Shown in pieces: positions 32,620 through 44,804 of a stretch of 64,000 bases of DNA. A program made the translations under genes and the position numbers. Below the pieces are notes generated by a model. That model saw nothing but the letters and a program-made list of their open reading frames with translations. It did not search any database and was not told the DNA's origin. The DNA comes from Mantamonas sphyraenae STR306 (lineage: Eukaryota; Protista; CRuMs): positions 186,001 through 250,000 of the forward strand of contig JAPMXV010000071.1 of NCBI GenBank assembly GCA_026936335.1. The letters are read 5' to 3'. Numbering within the stretch: position 1 is the stretch's first letter; the number at the start of each line of letters is the position of its first letter.

Positions 32620-35542
32620 CATGGTGAGCCAGATCTCTCGCCGTGCAACGATGATGATCGAACGCAAGGCCCCTGCATATATGAGGCTAGGTCTTGCTAC
32701 GGATCTCAAGTTGCACTTCTGGTTCTATTCGATTGGACTGGTGGCACACCGACGCCGCTACTGGATCATCGCAGCCACCCTGCTGCTTGTGGCTGTGTTC
32801 ACCCCCTTCACTCAAACAGTGCAGTTCGATTCGGCTTCCACTGCGTTGTTCCTCAATGATTCTTCTCCCTACACTCTGGTGGGTCACCACATGGGCAACC
32901 GGCAGCAGTTCAGTGCCGTCGTGGTGGCGAAAAGTCCCCAAAGTTCTCTGCTACCGTTTCTTTCGATCCTGGAGGCCGCCCATGGCAAGGTCATAGCCAC
33001 CAAGGCCGAAGGAAACGCATACGCCGACTTGTGTCAAGAAGCTGTGCCTTCACAGCTGCTGGTGTCTGGCGAGCGCGTTAAAAAGAAGATTGGTCCTTGC
33101 TTCGCTGCCCTTCCAGGCTCCAACCTCAGCTCCGCCATCCCTGCCCTCCCACAGGTGCAGCTGGTGAATCAATCATCACAGGGCATCAAGGCAGTGCGTG
33201 CAACGTGGCAGATCGAACCAGTAAGTGATGAGGCGAGCGATGGTGGTCCGTTACACGGGACGCGCGTCCATTGCATTCGTGCCGATTTTTTGCGATTTTG
33301 TGAGCAACCTGTCAATGACAAGTCCATCTGACATGTGTGACTGCAGATTCTAGAGGCGGGGGAGGCACGATTTGACAAAGCCAAGTACGATCGGATGGTG
33401 TACGCGCTGCAGGAACAGCTGTACGCTCTGCCGTTGGCGGACGGGATGTCGCTGTTCTTTGTGGCATGGGCAGTGCCCACGCCAGATGTCGCAGCCAACA
33501 CCATCAGATGGCTATTCTTCCTTGCAGCTGTGATGATGCTTCTGGGCATGCGATTCAGTTTGCAAAGCAAGGTGCTGGTGGGAGCCACGGCCCTGTTGAC
33601 GGTGACGTTTTCCCTCTACCTCTGCCTGGCCTTTGTGCTCGTCGTGGGCATCGTGCCCAACTACATGCTCTTCATCGCTGGATTCTATCTCATTTCGATT
33701 GGTGTGGACGATTGTGTGTTGATATTGCAGGCTGTGCAGCGTACGGATCGACAAGAGAAACCTGCGCGTCGGCTGGCACGTGCTCTGAGTGAGTCTGCTA
33801 CGTCCATTTTCACCACCACTGTCACAGACGTGCTTGTCTTTGTACCTGGCATTTTCAGTGCATCCAAGGCCCTGTCCTTCTTCTCGGCATTCCTTGTGGC
33901 TGGCTTGGTGGTGGATTTCTGCCTGCAGCTCACCTTTTTCTGCGCCGTACTGGCCATCGATCTGGAGCGAGAGGCTGCTCGGCGTGTGGAGTGTCTGTGT
34001 TGCATTGTTGTCAAGGATGCCTCGTCGGTTGGCGATGTATACGAGGCAGAACGGGATGAGGTTGAGTTGCAGGCTGTGGACGAGGATGGCAACGTGCACA
34101 TCAAATCACACGACAGTCCAAATGCCAATGACACGAGAGGGCATCGCGAGGGCACACCGTCGTCCAGTGACATGGGCACCAGTGTCACCGCGAGCAACAA
34201 TGCGAAGCACGTGCAAGTGCAACGACGCAGCGTGCGATCACACACTGTCGACTCCATGGAGGAGACCATCCGTGCAGAACATGCGGGTCAGGCGTGGGCT
34301 GTGCGATGGGGCAAGTTTAGCACCACGCGAGCGGGAAACATCGTCAACGGCACTGTGCTGCTTCTGCTCATCGGTCTCATGGCATATGGCAGCGTGTTGG
34401 GCTTCACAAGTGCACTGCGTGGTGTGGATCGTGTGGGTGGCACAGCTGCACGTGCTCCTGGCTCTGTGTCCGACGTCGCTCTGGAAACCGTGGCCAATGT
34501 CTTCCCCGGCCGCGACGTGGAAGTCTCGTTTATGGTGCAACGTCACCTCAAGCTGTGGCAACCTAGCACGCGTACCAAGGTGTTGCGTGCGTGCGATCTC
34601 ATGGCCACCCTGCCTGCGTCCGTGGCCGCTCCTGGAATGACACCACGATGCTTTCTGCGCTCGATGCTGGATTGGCATGCAGTCCATGCCAACACCACAT
34701 CGCTGGACACTGAAGCCGGGTTTGTGCAGGTGTTCAAAGATTTCACTGCTTCGTCGGATGCCAACGCCCAGATGCGCAAGGACGTCACCTTTGATGCCAC
34801 ACGCACACGGTTGTTGGCTGCACGCGTGGTGGCATGGACCCAAATGGTGGAGCTGGCAGACGCAGCGGTGAACCAGATGAACGCTGTGGAGGCCCACATG
34901 AAGGAGGTGATCGACAACGGAGTCATGCCTCCGGCCAACTTTGCCTACGCCAACATTCGCAACACCTACCTTCTGGTGGAGGAAATCACCACCATGGTGC
35001 TTGTTTCGGTGGCTTTGGTGCTCATCACCACGTCGGTGTTGCTCATCAACCCGTTCACCTCGCTCATTGTCGCCCTCTCCATGCTGGTGAGCATCTCCGG
35101 CACAGTCACCATTGTTCTCATGTCTGGCACGGGTCTCACCAACTTTGCCCTGCTCATGTCACTCGTCACACTGTCCGGAGGCGTCGACTTCTCCGCACAC
35201 ATGGTGCTTCATTTCAACACGGCACAGGGCTCCCCACAAGAGAGGGTGGTGGCCATGTTTGCCTCCATCGGCTCCTCTGTGGCTGGTGGTTACATCAGCA
35301 GTGCTTCGTCCATCGTCCTCCTGCTCAACACCAATGGTGGGGGCATCACCTTTCTCCTGGTCCTCCAGGGCTCCCTCCTCTGTTCCCTCCTCTTTGCCTG
35401 GTTTGCTGTCCCCCTCCTCCTCCAATTCACCAATCCACCCATGGCCCTGCGCAGTGTCGAGCAAGAACAGAAGCTGCAGTCCTCCATGGCCCAGCTCGAC
35501 GTCATGGAAGCGTCGTGGCGCAGGAACAAAGGCTCCGGGTGA
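32620..35542 (+). CDS. Patched/NPC1-like RND-family sterol-sensing-domain membrane protein
   Basis: SIGVDD, SIFTTTVTD and second-half GVDFSAH motifs; ~12 TM; intron 33221-33346 (gtaagt..ctgcag) in phase 0; start could be 32620, 32651 or 32681. Confidence 0.82.
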
Positions 35543-35594
35543 TCCAACAATACATCCATCCCCACAAGGCTATAGCCCTCGTTTCCATCCAAGA

Positions 35595-36917
35595 ATGGGT
35601 TGTGGCAGCTCCAAGGAGGGCCAAAGTCATGCAAAGGGCAGCAATGGAGGTCCTGTGGCTGAGCACTCGCAGGCAGATGTCCCCGACAAGGTGGTCCAGC
35701 CCATGGCAGCCGAGGAAGAGCAGGAACCGTCTCCACGCCAGGTCCGAGCTGTTGAAACGCAACACACACGCCTGTGGCGATGGGGCATTGGGTACAAAAG
35801 CATGGGTGGCGATGAGGAAGAGGAGGAAGGGGAAGAGGACAACAACGACACGTCGTACGCGCTGCACCAAGCCACCCCGTTGTCCCTCTCGGAAACCATT
35901 GTCGACGTGTCATCTGGACCCGATCACACATTGATTCTGGATGCCAATGGACGCATTCATGTTGCAGGTCAAGGACACAACGGTGAGCTGGGCCTTGGCG
36001 CAGGGGAGGACGAGATGCCTTCATTCCACACCCTCTCGAAGCCCACAGGCATCACCAATGTGTGTGCACACGCACAGCGCTCGGCCTGCATCACGCTGGA
36101 CGGTGAGCTGTGGCTGTGGGGCAACGGTTTGTTGGGACGCATGGGAGACGGCGGCGAGGAAACACGGTGGGTGCCGAAGCGCTGGACGGGGAGCTCGCAG
36201 GCCGTGCAATGGGTTCGCATGGGCGAATTCAGCACCATGGTTGGACTGCAAGATGGATCGGTCATGGCTTGGGGAGTCAACAGCAGCGGCGAGCTGGGAT
36301 TGGGCCACACAGAGCCGTCGTTTTCGCCGGCGACCGTTGCACTGCCGGACAACGGCGTTGCCATTGAGCAGGTTGCCCTTGGCAAGAGTCACACCTTGTT
36401 CCTGGGCACACATGGACGAGTGTATGTGTGCGGAACTGATGAGGGACAAGGCTTCCTGGGCTTGGGAGAGCAGGACGAACCAGTGACCACACCCACGCGT
36501 GTTGCTGGCTTGGATGACGTGCACGTGGTCGACGTGGCTGTGGGTGCCTTCTTCTCCATGGCGTTGGCTGACGATGGACGATTGTTTGCATGGGGACAGG
36601 CCGAACAAGGCATCCTGGACGAGGCGGCGACCACACCCACCGAGCTCAGCTTGGATTGGATGCCATCCGATGCCCATGTGGTGGGTCTTGTGGCCGATGA
36701 CTACGATGTGTATCTCATCACGCGAAAGCACGGTTTGTATGTGGTCGGCGACGAGATCAGCAGCGCGGGGGAGACCCATCATCGTCCTGTGACCTGCGTT
36801 GGGTTCAGCAAAAGTGATCCGGCCATGGGAGGCACTCTGGCCACAGGCTGGGCGATTGTCAAAGTGGACGTGAGCAGACACTTCAACGCAATGCTAGCGC
36901 AAGAGGTGGACGCGTGA
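35595..36917 (+). CDS. RCC1-repeat protein with an N-terminal MGCGSSK dual-acylation motif
   Basis: Repeats VSSGPDHT, GELGLG, WGVNSSGELGLGH, VALGKSHTL, VAVGAFFS. Confidence 0.85.
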   Translation: MGCGSSKEGQSHAKGSNGGPVAEHSQADVPDKVVQPMAAEEEQEPSPRQVRAVETQHTRLWRWGIGYKSMGGDEEEEEGEEDNNDTSYALHQATPLSLSETIVDVSSGPDHTLILDANGRIHVAGQGHNGELGLGAGEDEMPSFHTLSKPTGITNVCAHAQRSACITLDGELWLWGNGLLGRMGDGGEETRWVPKRWTGSSQAVQWVRMGEFSTMVGLQDGSVMAWGVNSSGELGLGHTEPSFSPATVALPDNGVAIEQVALGKSHTLFLGTHGRVYVCGTDEGQGFLGLGEQDEPVTTPTRVAGLDDVHVVDVAVGAFFSMALADDGRLFAWGQAEQGILDEAATTPTELSLDWMPSDAHVVGLVADDYDVYLITRKHGLYVVGDEISSAGETHHRPVTCVGFSKSDPAMGGTLATGWAIVKVDVSRHFNAMLAQEVDA

Positions 36918-36931
36918 AGGAAAGCAGAAAA

Positions 36932-39875
36932 TCAGGCGGTGGCTTTCTTCTTGGCAAAGTCGCACATGTGGCCACAGCCGCTGGGACACATGGCGTTGTC
37001 CTGGAACCACTGTTGGATGTGCAACACATGGCCTCCGTGACCGCAGCCATCGCACCAAACAAAGACCCCCTTGACGGCAGCGTTGCAGAGGACACACTTT
37101 TTCACGTTGCGGCACGACTTGCAGTACCGGCCCGTTTCGTTCATGGCCTTCTTGCAACGGGCACATTGGGTTTCCACACGTGTGCCCGCCAGGTTGAGAG
37201 CGCGGATTTCGTCGTCGGCGCTGCAGTTGATGACCTCGGTGGCCACGGTGTACATCTTGAGTCGTTGCAGCAACTCCAGGTAGGCAAAGGTCCATTGCTT
37301 GACCCTGCGTGCGGTGATGCTCTTGGGCAACAGCGCGTGACCCAGCACAAGACAAAGCGTGACACACATCTGGACGTCGCCCTGCTCCGCGCAATGTTCC
37401 AACACCCCGCTCACCAGTTCATCCGTGTCCACAAAGTGCATGCTGAACGGATCCACCAGCAGAAACTCGTTCAAACTGCCGATGCCATTGCGCAGCAGCA
37501 CCTGCTCCGCCTTGCTGTGTTCCACCTGTTCTGCCTCGTCTGTCAACGCCTCTGCCGCCCCGCGCAGCACCAGCGCCACAGGCGGTGATGACCCACGTAG
37601 CAGCTCCCCGTTTCCGTCGACTCCCAGCTGCATCGAGTCGCCCCCACCCATCATCCCACTGATGGAAATGTCCCCCAGCGACTGTAGGTCGTTGTACACA
37701 AAGTCCCCCGTGCGTCCGGGCCCTGTGTTCAATACGTCGTCTGCAATCAGGTCCATGTTGCCTGCTGGCGTGTAATTGAGCAGCGCCGACGAAGGCAGAG
37801 AACTGCCTCCGAAATCCCCACCCACCCGAGTGGTCGTTGCCGTGGAAGACGATGATGACGACGTGCTACTGCTGCTGCTGCTGCTCGTTCCCTCCTCCTG
37901 AGTGGATGACGAGGATGTGGAGAAGCCACCATTGCCTGAGCTTGCGCCTCCTGCAGGTGTGCTCCCTCCACTGTTGCCGCTGAACAATTCGGCGGTGCTC
38001 GGCATGACCATGGGGTCGGCACGCAACTCGACCATGGAGGCAGGCGACTTGCTCAGCACAGAGCGGCTTCCATGGCCAGCGTCCGAGCTGCGAGAGTCGT
38101 ATGCAGACGCAGTGAGACCCAACGAACGGTGGTACCGCTGCCTGTGCTCGGAGATCAGCGTCTGCGCAGACTCTTCGATCTGTGCAAACTCCATCAACAT
38201 GCGCACCACATTCCACGTCTGCCATGTGTGTAACTGCCCAGCTGCAAGGGCCACTTCTGCGTTGTGTGCACACATGTCCAACACCAGCAGCCGTGCGCCG
38301 TCCAAATCGTCTCGATCCCGCAGCTGGCTTTCCCTGCGTCGCATGCGGTATCCGTTGCCCAACTGTGCAAACACAGGTGCACGAAACACATTCTGACTGG
38401 CCATGGCCAGTTCAGGGTGTGTCATATCAGCCAGCAGCAGCTTGCCCATGGCGCGAGTGCCCTGTTTCCCTTGCCGCTTGCCATCCATGCCCAGACCTGC
38501 TTCTCCTCCCGTGCCTCCAGACAGGGCTGAACTGGAACCACTGCCACTGCCCAGACCGCTGCCCGACGACGAGTTGTTGCCCGATGCAGAGTCAACCATG
38601 GGCGTGATGCCAAAGATGGAGTGGAACACGGCGTTCTGCGAGGCCGTACCAGCCTGTGTGGTACGATCCACAGGATCCGCAACAGACACCAACTGTTCGC
38701 TGACACTCCATGACAGCGAGGTGGTGTTGATGTTCTGGTAAGGACGGTAGGCCTCGTCCAGCTGGTTGATCATCACCGTGGAATCCTTGGAGCTGGACAG
38801 CAACGTGCTCGAGCTCTGTGGATGAAACATAATGGCAGAGGCCACATCCTTGTGGTCTGTAAAGGTGGCCAGAGGGATGTAGCTGTGTGTCACATCCCAA
38901 ATGTGAATCATGGAATCCATGGCCCAGGAACTGCTTGCAATTTGGTTCCGATACTTGGGTCGCCAACACACGCGTGCCACACTGGCGATTGTCTGCACGC
39001 TTTGGGTTGGTTTGTTGCCCACCGTGAGATCCCACACCTTGACCATGCGGTCTCGCCCTCCTGTGGCCAGCATGCTGCGGTCGTCCGGATGCCAATCCAC
39101 AGCCAACACGGGGCCGTCGTGGCCGTGGATGCGAGTCATACACGAAGATGGCTTACGCACATCCCACACTTGGATGGTACCATTGTCAAACACGGCCACA
39201 AAGAAATTGCTGTAGTATGGTGAGAATTGCACGTCGCGCACCTCGGCCGAATTGCCCAGGAACGTCTCTTTGCTGGCGGTCATGTCACGGGAATCCCACA
39301 GTTTGACCGAGCCGTCTTGTGAGCCACTGATGAGCGTGTGTGACTCGGTCGGATGCCAACACACTCTGTTTACGGTGCGTGTGTGTTCGGAGATGACTTG
39401 GCGTTGCGCCTTGCCCACTCTGTTCAGATCCCAAAGCAGAATGGAGCTGTTGGTGGCTGCAGATGCAAGTACGTTGGACTCGTGAGGATGCCACTTGACG
39501 TCGTTCGTGCTCAAGTTCAGATTCGTCTTGCCCACACGCAGGTTTGTTTTCACGCTCATGCTCGATTTCGCCGACGCGCCAATGCTCCCCAGCCGCACAA
39601 TCTTGAAGACTGGAAACAGGTGTGGACGTGCACATGGGAGCGTGTTAGACACATGCCGGCCAGTCTCTGAAGTGTGCGTGTGTCTGTGTGTGCGTATCAC
39701 TGGGAGGGAGAAAGGGCGTGCATCATCACTCACTTTCTCGTCCGGCCACCACCGTCAAGTTGCCGTCGGGAGACACATCCATGGTGGTCAAAGGACCACC
39801 CACGTCCAATCTCTGCGACCGGCGCTTCTTGCCCCGTGCATCGAACAGGGTGGTGCTTCCGCCGCCCGTGCTCAT
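36932..39875 (-). CDS. WDR24: GATOR2/SEA complex subunit WDR24 (Sea2)
   Basis: WD40 repeats (VVAGRE, H.RTVNRVCWH, SGSQDG, ATGGRD, VQTIASVARVCWRP), LC.HNA.VA, GDVQMC, and C-terminal RING-like CVLC..WC.GCGHGGH..CPSGCGH.C; intron 39733-39610. Confidence 0.9.
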
Positions 39876-39909
39876 CCAAAGAGAAGGGCGTTGGGTTGAC
39901 TTGGCGACG

Positions 39910-40649
39910 ATGGTGCGTATGCATGGACAGCGGGAGGCATGAAGGGGAGGGTGGCCACAGAGAGCGGTGGTGGTGGTGGTATGGATGCGTGGTGTGTGAT
40001 GTGGTGTGTCTGTGACTCACATGCTGTGTGCAGAGCGGGTTCGGATCACCGCGCGGATCGCCTCGTAGCGGCAAGAAGAAGAGCAAGCGCAAGGTGGTCT
40101 CTGCCATGGAGGACCGAGATTTGGACATCATGGCCACGGTGCAAAAGATCCAGGAATATGGTGAGTGTGTGGTAGGCGAGGAGGACGGGATGGAAAGCCG
40201 ACCGTTGTTGCTCCCCGGCTAACTCCTTTTGTGCGTTGTGCAGATATTACAAAGGAAATCAAGATCACAGGGGACTTTGAAACGTTTGCACGCGAGGGTG
40301 CACAGGTGACCATTGACTACATTGCCATGGTAGGGGTGGTAGGAGCGACGAGGAGAGAGAGAGAGAGAGGAGGTGTGGCAACCACAGCTGACACACCTTG
40401 CTACAGTTGGAAGACGGCACCGTGTGGGACTCGACATACGACCGTGGGGTGTCGTTTACGTTTCCATCCATGAGTGGCGCTGTGATTGTCGGCTTGGACG
40501 TCTGCGTGAGTGCCATGAGTCTTGGCGAGCGTGCAACGTTTCTCATTCCAAGCGAGCATGCGTACGGGTCGCGTGGCTTCCTGGGCAAAGTGCCCAAGGA
40601 TGAGAATGTGCAGTTTGACATCTCTCTTCTCAAGATTGAGGACATCTGA
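39910..40649 (+). CDS. FKBP-type peptidyl-prolyl isomerase (multi-exon)
   Basis: Spliced ITKEIKITGD..GAQVTIDYIAM/LEDGTVWDST..VIVGLD..MSLGERA..IPSEHAYG..FDISLL; the start is either an ATG-only exon at 39910 or the ATG at 40106. Confidence 0.85.
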
Positions 40650-40784
40650 GGGTTCAGAAAAAGGACGCGGTCTGGGAGCCACTGTGAATTGTTGACGCTT
40701 GCCTGTGCACCACATCCAAGCGGAAACATCGCGCAACACACACACACACACATAATACATCACAAGACACATCTGCTGTTGACA

Positions 40785-42755
40785 ATGTTGCAACGACGAC
40801 GAAACACGGGCGGGGTTTGGAAGGTTGTGTGTGCAGTGACCGTGCTGATTGTGCTGCAGTGTGCAATGGGTGACGAAGGATCGCATGCGATGGAGGCGAT
40901 GCTGGTGGAGGAAGGCGTCAGCGAGTCGGTGGCCATGGACGTGTTGCGTGCACTGCAGGTGAGCACAGAAGCAGACCTTGCGGCGCTGGAGGTGGCTTCC
41001 ATCGACACCCTGGACGTATCCGGGGTACATCCCATCCAGATGAAAGTGGCCAAAGAGGTGCTGCACACCCTGCGCACCCGTCTGCGAGAGGCGCCGCGTG
41101 AAAAGAACCGCAAACGCCATGCGGTTCTCCTGGAAGAGCTCAAGGCCGGCGAGGACGAGTTTGTGATCATCAGCAAAACGGGTGCCTTGGAGTCGATGGT
41201 GGAAGCTGGCACGGTGCAGGACAAGGCGAGTGCAGAGGGATTGTGGGCGCTGATGGTCAGCAAGAGCTCCGGGAAAATCTCGTACATTTCCCTCCTCGGT
41301 GTCGTCACCAACAACGTTCTACCACGCATGACAACCGGGTGGCTGCTCACGGCACTGGCCCTGCTGATGAGTGTCGTGGTCGGTGTGCTTCTGGGAGTGC
41401 AAATCAAGGCGTTTGAAAAGGCGCACGAGGATCGTCGGGTTGTGCTGGTTGGCAGCTACATCGTCGGCTACTCTTTCATTGCCAGTGGCCTGGAAGACGA
41501 CCTGTATGACATCGCTGTGGCGTTGGCGTTTGCCAACGTGCTGCTTTCCCTTGTGGTGGTTTTGGTGATCAAGGACAACAGCAGCCCGGAGAACCAGGAA
41601 AGAGACATCTGGATGGCTTTGGGCGTTGTGACGCTGGTTTCCCTCCTTCAATGCTACCTGGTGCCCTACACGCCTGTGTACTGGCTGGGTGCTGTGTCTC
41701 TCAACCTGTGCCTGGCCAAGTTTGTGTTTGACAACGCACCCACCGACATGCCCATCCCGTTCTACAAGCAAATCGAAAGTAACATCCATGACACTGTGTC
41801 TGAACCAACCTCTGAGAGCCAGTACGTGGCGAGCACCGTCCACAAGTTCAACTTCCGCAACAGGGAATCCAAGGACCTGTACAACCCGGGCGTTCTGGGC
41901 TCTGTGGTGGCGCTGCTGATGAGTGTGACTGCACACATTCAACTCGTTGTCAGCTCGTCGCCGATGACGCTGGGCATTGCATCGGCGCTGGTCGACATCA
42001 ACGTGATTGTGCTCCCGTGCTGCATCCATGCCATTGTCCTTGCCTTTGCCATGCTCAGGAAGGAGGCGAGGGTGTTTCACGTGGAGAAAGAATTGGTGCA
42101 GGAGGATGCTGTGATTATGCAGTGGCTGGAAGACAACGGGGTGCCGTGTTTGCCCAAGGACAAGGCCCCAGTGATCACGTACATGGCCGAGATGCACCTC
42201 ATGTTCCTGGTGGACATGGTGCTGCTTGCCTATGGGATGATCTTTGGGCGTGGCGTGGCGTTGACCATGGCCAGCATCGGGTATCTTGCCCATGTTGCGG
42301 GTCACCTCATGCAAGCCGGTGCCAATGTCGCTGTGCACCGTGAGATTAACGGCGTGCACCTGGCAGGATATGTGTTTGAACACATGCTGGTCATGCTGGT
42401 GACCAATGTGTTTGAGACACGCATCGACACCATCCTGGGCGTGCTCAACTCGCTGCTCTACCTGCTGGCCGGCCCCTTTGGCCTGGTAGCCACCACGTGG
42501 ATCAAAATCATGGAACACAACTATTCGACCAAGGAACGTGCCATGGCCTACCCTCTCAAGCTGGTGGCAGCCAACGCAGTCCTGCTGGGTGTCAGTGTGT
42601 GGCTCCAGCGTCGCATGCTTGCACTCGGTGTCATTGGCAACATCCTGGGACTCACCACCTGGATTGGGTTCATCACAAAGGGTTCACCCAAGTTCTTGAT
42701 GGGTTTGGTTGCTGTGACCATCCTTTTGTGGATGGGGGCGGGCGCGGTGTTCTGA
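40785..42755 (+). CDS. Orphan polytopic membrane protein with signal peptide and a SAM-like N-terminal segment
   Basis: Signal-like hydrophobic start, DLAALEVASIDTLDVSGVHPIQMK (SAM-like), then more than 12 hydrophobic segments. Confidence 0.55.
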   Translation: MLQRRRNTGGVWKVVCAVTVLIVLQCAMGDEGSHAMEAMLVEEGVSESVAMDVLRALQVSTEADLAALEVASIDTLDVSGVHPIQMKVAKEVLHTLRTRLREAPREKNRKRHAVLLEELKAGEDEFVIISKTGALESMVEAGTVQDKASAEGLWALMVSKSSGKISYISLLGVVTNNVLPRMTTGWLLTALALLMSVVVGVLLGVQIKAFEKAHEDRRVVLVGSYIVGYSFIASGLEDDLYDIAVALAFANVLLSLVVVLVIKDNSSPENQERDIWMALGVVTLVSLLQCYLVPYTPVYWLGAVSLNLCLAKFVFDNAPTDMPIPFYKQIESNIHDTVSEPTSESQYVASTVHKFNFRNRESKDLYNPGVLGSVVALLMSVTAHIQLVVSSSPMTLGIASALVDINVIVLPCCIHAIVLAFAMLRKEARVFHVEKELVQEDAVIMQWLEDNGVPCLPKDKAPVITYMAEMHLMFLVDMVLLAYGMIFGRGVALTMASIGYLAHVAGHLMQAGANVAVHREINGVHLAGYVFEHMLVMLVTNVFETRIDTILGVLNSLLYLLAGPFGLVATTWIKIMEHNYSTKERAMAYPLKLVAANAVLLGVSVWLQRRMLALGVIGNILGLTTWIGFITKGSPKFLMGLVAVTILLWMGAGAVF

Positions 42756-42847
42756 CCAGGATGAAACACTCCTGATTCGTTGGCTGATTCTGTTGTTGAT
42801 CGCTGGGATGGCGGCCGCCTGAACAGCACAAATACAACCCAAACGCG

Positions 42848-44709
42848 ATGGTCACGTACACGTTCAAAACACTGTCGAACGAAATCTTTGAGGTGGATGT
42901 GGAGATGTCCGACACGGTGGGTTGTGGCCACAGAAGCGTCCACGTGTGGGACTGGGCGCTAGGGGTGCCGGCGGAAGGCTGTGGGGAATTCTTGTGGCAG
43001 CGTTTCCGGCCGGCTGTGGGAGGGCACGTAGAGGCTGACACGGCAAGAGGGGCTTTTGCGCATGGATGGGACGATGGCGTGTGTGCGCGTGCGTGTGTGT
43101 GGCATGGTGTGCGTGTGTGTGTGTGTGATCGCAGGTGGCGGATCTGAAGGAAAAGGTGCACAAGACAAAGGGCATTGAGGCATCCAACCAGAAGCTGATC
43201 CTCTCGGGCAAGATCCTGGCAAACGACACGGTGGTGGACCAGCTGGGACTGAAGGAGGACGACTTTTTCGTGGTGATGGTGTCCAAGGTGGGTGGCGCAG
43301 GGAGTGTGTGTGTGTGTGTGTGGTGTGCGGGGGGAGGGTTTGTGGGAAAACGGAACGGCGGGAAAAAACCGGGAGACGCGTGAGGCTGACGTGGAAAGAG
43401 GGCATGCACACAGGGCAAGAAGAAGGGCACAAAGAAGAAGAAGACGACGGCAAAGAAGGGAGAGAGCGCAGAGACGAGCACGACGACAACGACGACGGAA
43501 GGCAACACGACGACGAACACAACGGGCGGCGCCGGAAATGCAGAGACGACGACGACGACGGCCGGGGCCAACGGGGACCAGAACGACCACGAAAGCTCGA
43601 TGTACGAAGAGAGCGCTTCCGCTCTGGCAACGGGCTCGGAGTACGAAGAGGCAGTGTCCACCCTGATGGCTATGGGCTACCCGCGCGACGAAGTGGTGGC
43701 GGCCATGGCCGCAAGCTTCAACAACGCCAACCGTGCGTTTGAGTACCTGCAAACCGGCATCCCAGACAATGTCCAGCAACAGTTTGCCCAACAGGCGCAG
43801 GCTCAGCAGGCTCAGCAGCAGGCCCAGGCGCAGCAGATGATGATGGGCGGCGGCGGCGGAGGAGGCATGGGTGGCATGGGTGGCATGGGTGGTATGATGG
43901 CTTTTGATGGCGAGGACGACGGGGAATTTGATGGTGAGGAGGATGGCATGGGGGAGGACGACGCGACACACGAGCCGGTGAACATGCCGTTCCCGCAGAT
44001 GGGTGGCGGCGGAGGACAGGGCGGTCAGGGTGGCCAGGGCGGTCAGCAGGATGCAGACAACGCACTGGCATACCTGCGTCAGAACCAGCAGTTCCAGATG
44101 TTCAAGATGCTTGTGCAGTCGAACCCCGGTGCGCTGCAGCCGTTGCTGGCCCAGCTGGGTCAGACAAACCCGCAACTGATGCAGGCAATCTCGCAGCACC
44201 CGCAGGAGTTTCTTCAGTTGCTGATGGAGCCCATTCCGGGTGCAGAGGACATGATGGCTGCGGCTGGCATGGGTGGTGGAGGCATGGGTGGCATGGGTGG
44301 TGGTGGAGGTGGAGGAGGCATGGGTCAGCCCCAGATGATCCGTCTGACCCAAGAGCAGGCTGAAATGCTGCAGAAGCTCATGGGCTATGGCTTCTCGCAG
44401 AACGCGGCTCTGGAGGCACTGCAGATCAGCGGTGGCGACGAGGAGGTTGCGCTCAACTATCTGTTTGACATGCAAGCCGAGGCTCAGGCGGAGGAGGATG
44501 CGTTCCTTGCCCAGCAGCAAGGCAACGGCAATGGCAACGGCAACGGCAACGGCAACGGCAATGGCAATGGCAATGGCAATGGCAACGGAAACGCAGATGG
44601 AAACGGAAACGGAAACGGAAACGCAGATGGAGGTGACAACAACAACGACAACATGGACACGGAAGGTGCCGGTGGAAACAACAACGACGGTGGGGACAGT
44701 GCTCAGTGA
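42848..44709 (+). CDS. RAD23: UV excision repair protein RAD23 (UBL-UBA-XPC-binding-UBA)
   Basis: [70 protein letters not shown]; introns 42917-43134 and 43288-~43413. Confidence 0.93.
44521..44625 (+). repeat. (GGCAAY/GGAAAC)n hexamer repeat encoding (Gly-Asn)n in the RAD23 tail
   Basis: Directly visible tandem hexamers. Confidence 0.9.
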
Positions 44710-44804
44710 CAATGAAGTGATCAAGCTGCGCAGCGCCGGGAGAGCCAAAGAAACCATCGCTTGCAGACGGGCCCTTCAGCCCCCAAAACCAGTGCCAGGT
44801 GGCC

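Noticed and set aside
26100-32700. Terminal inverted repeats / TA target-site duplication for the element
   Set aside because: No matching inverted sequence was found by eye between 26071-26225 and 32520-32700; paralogue alignment is needed.
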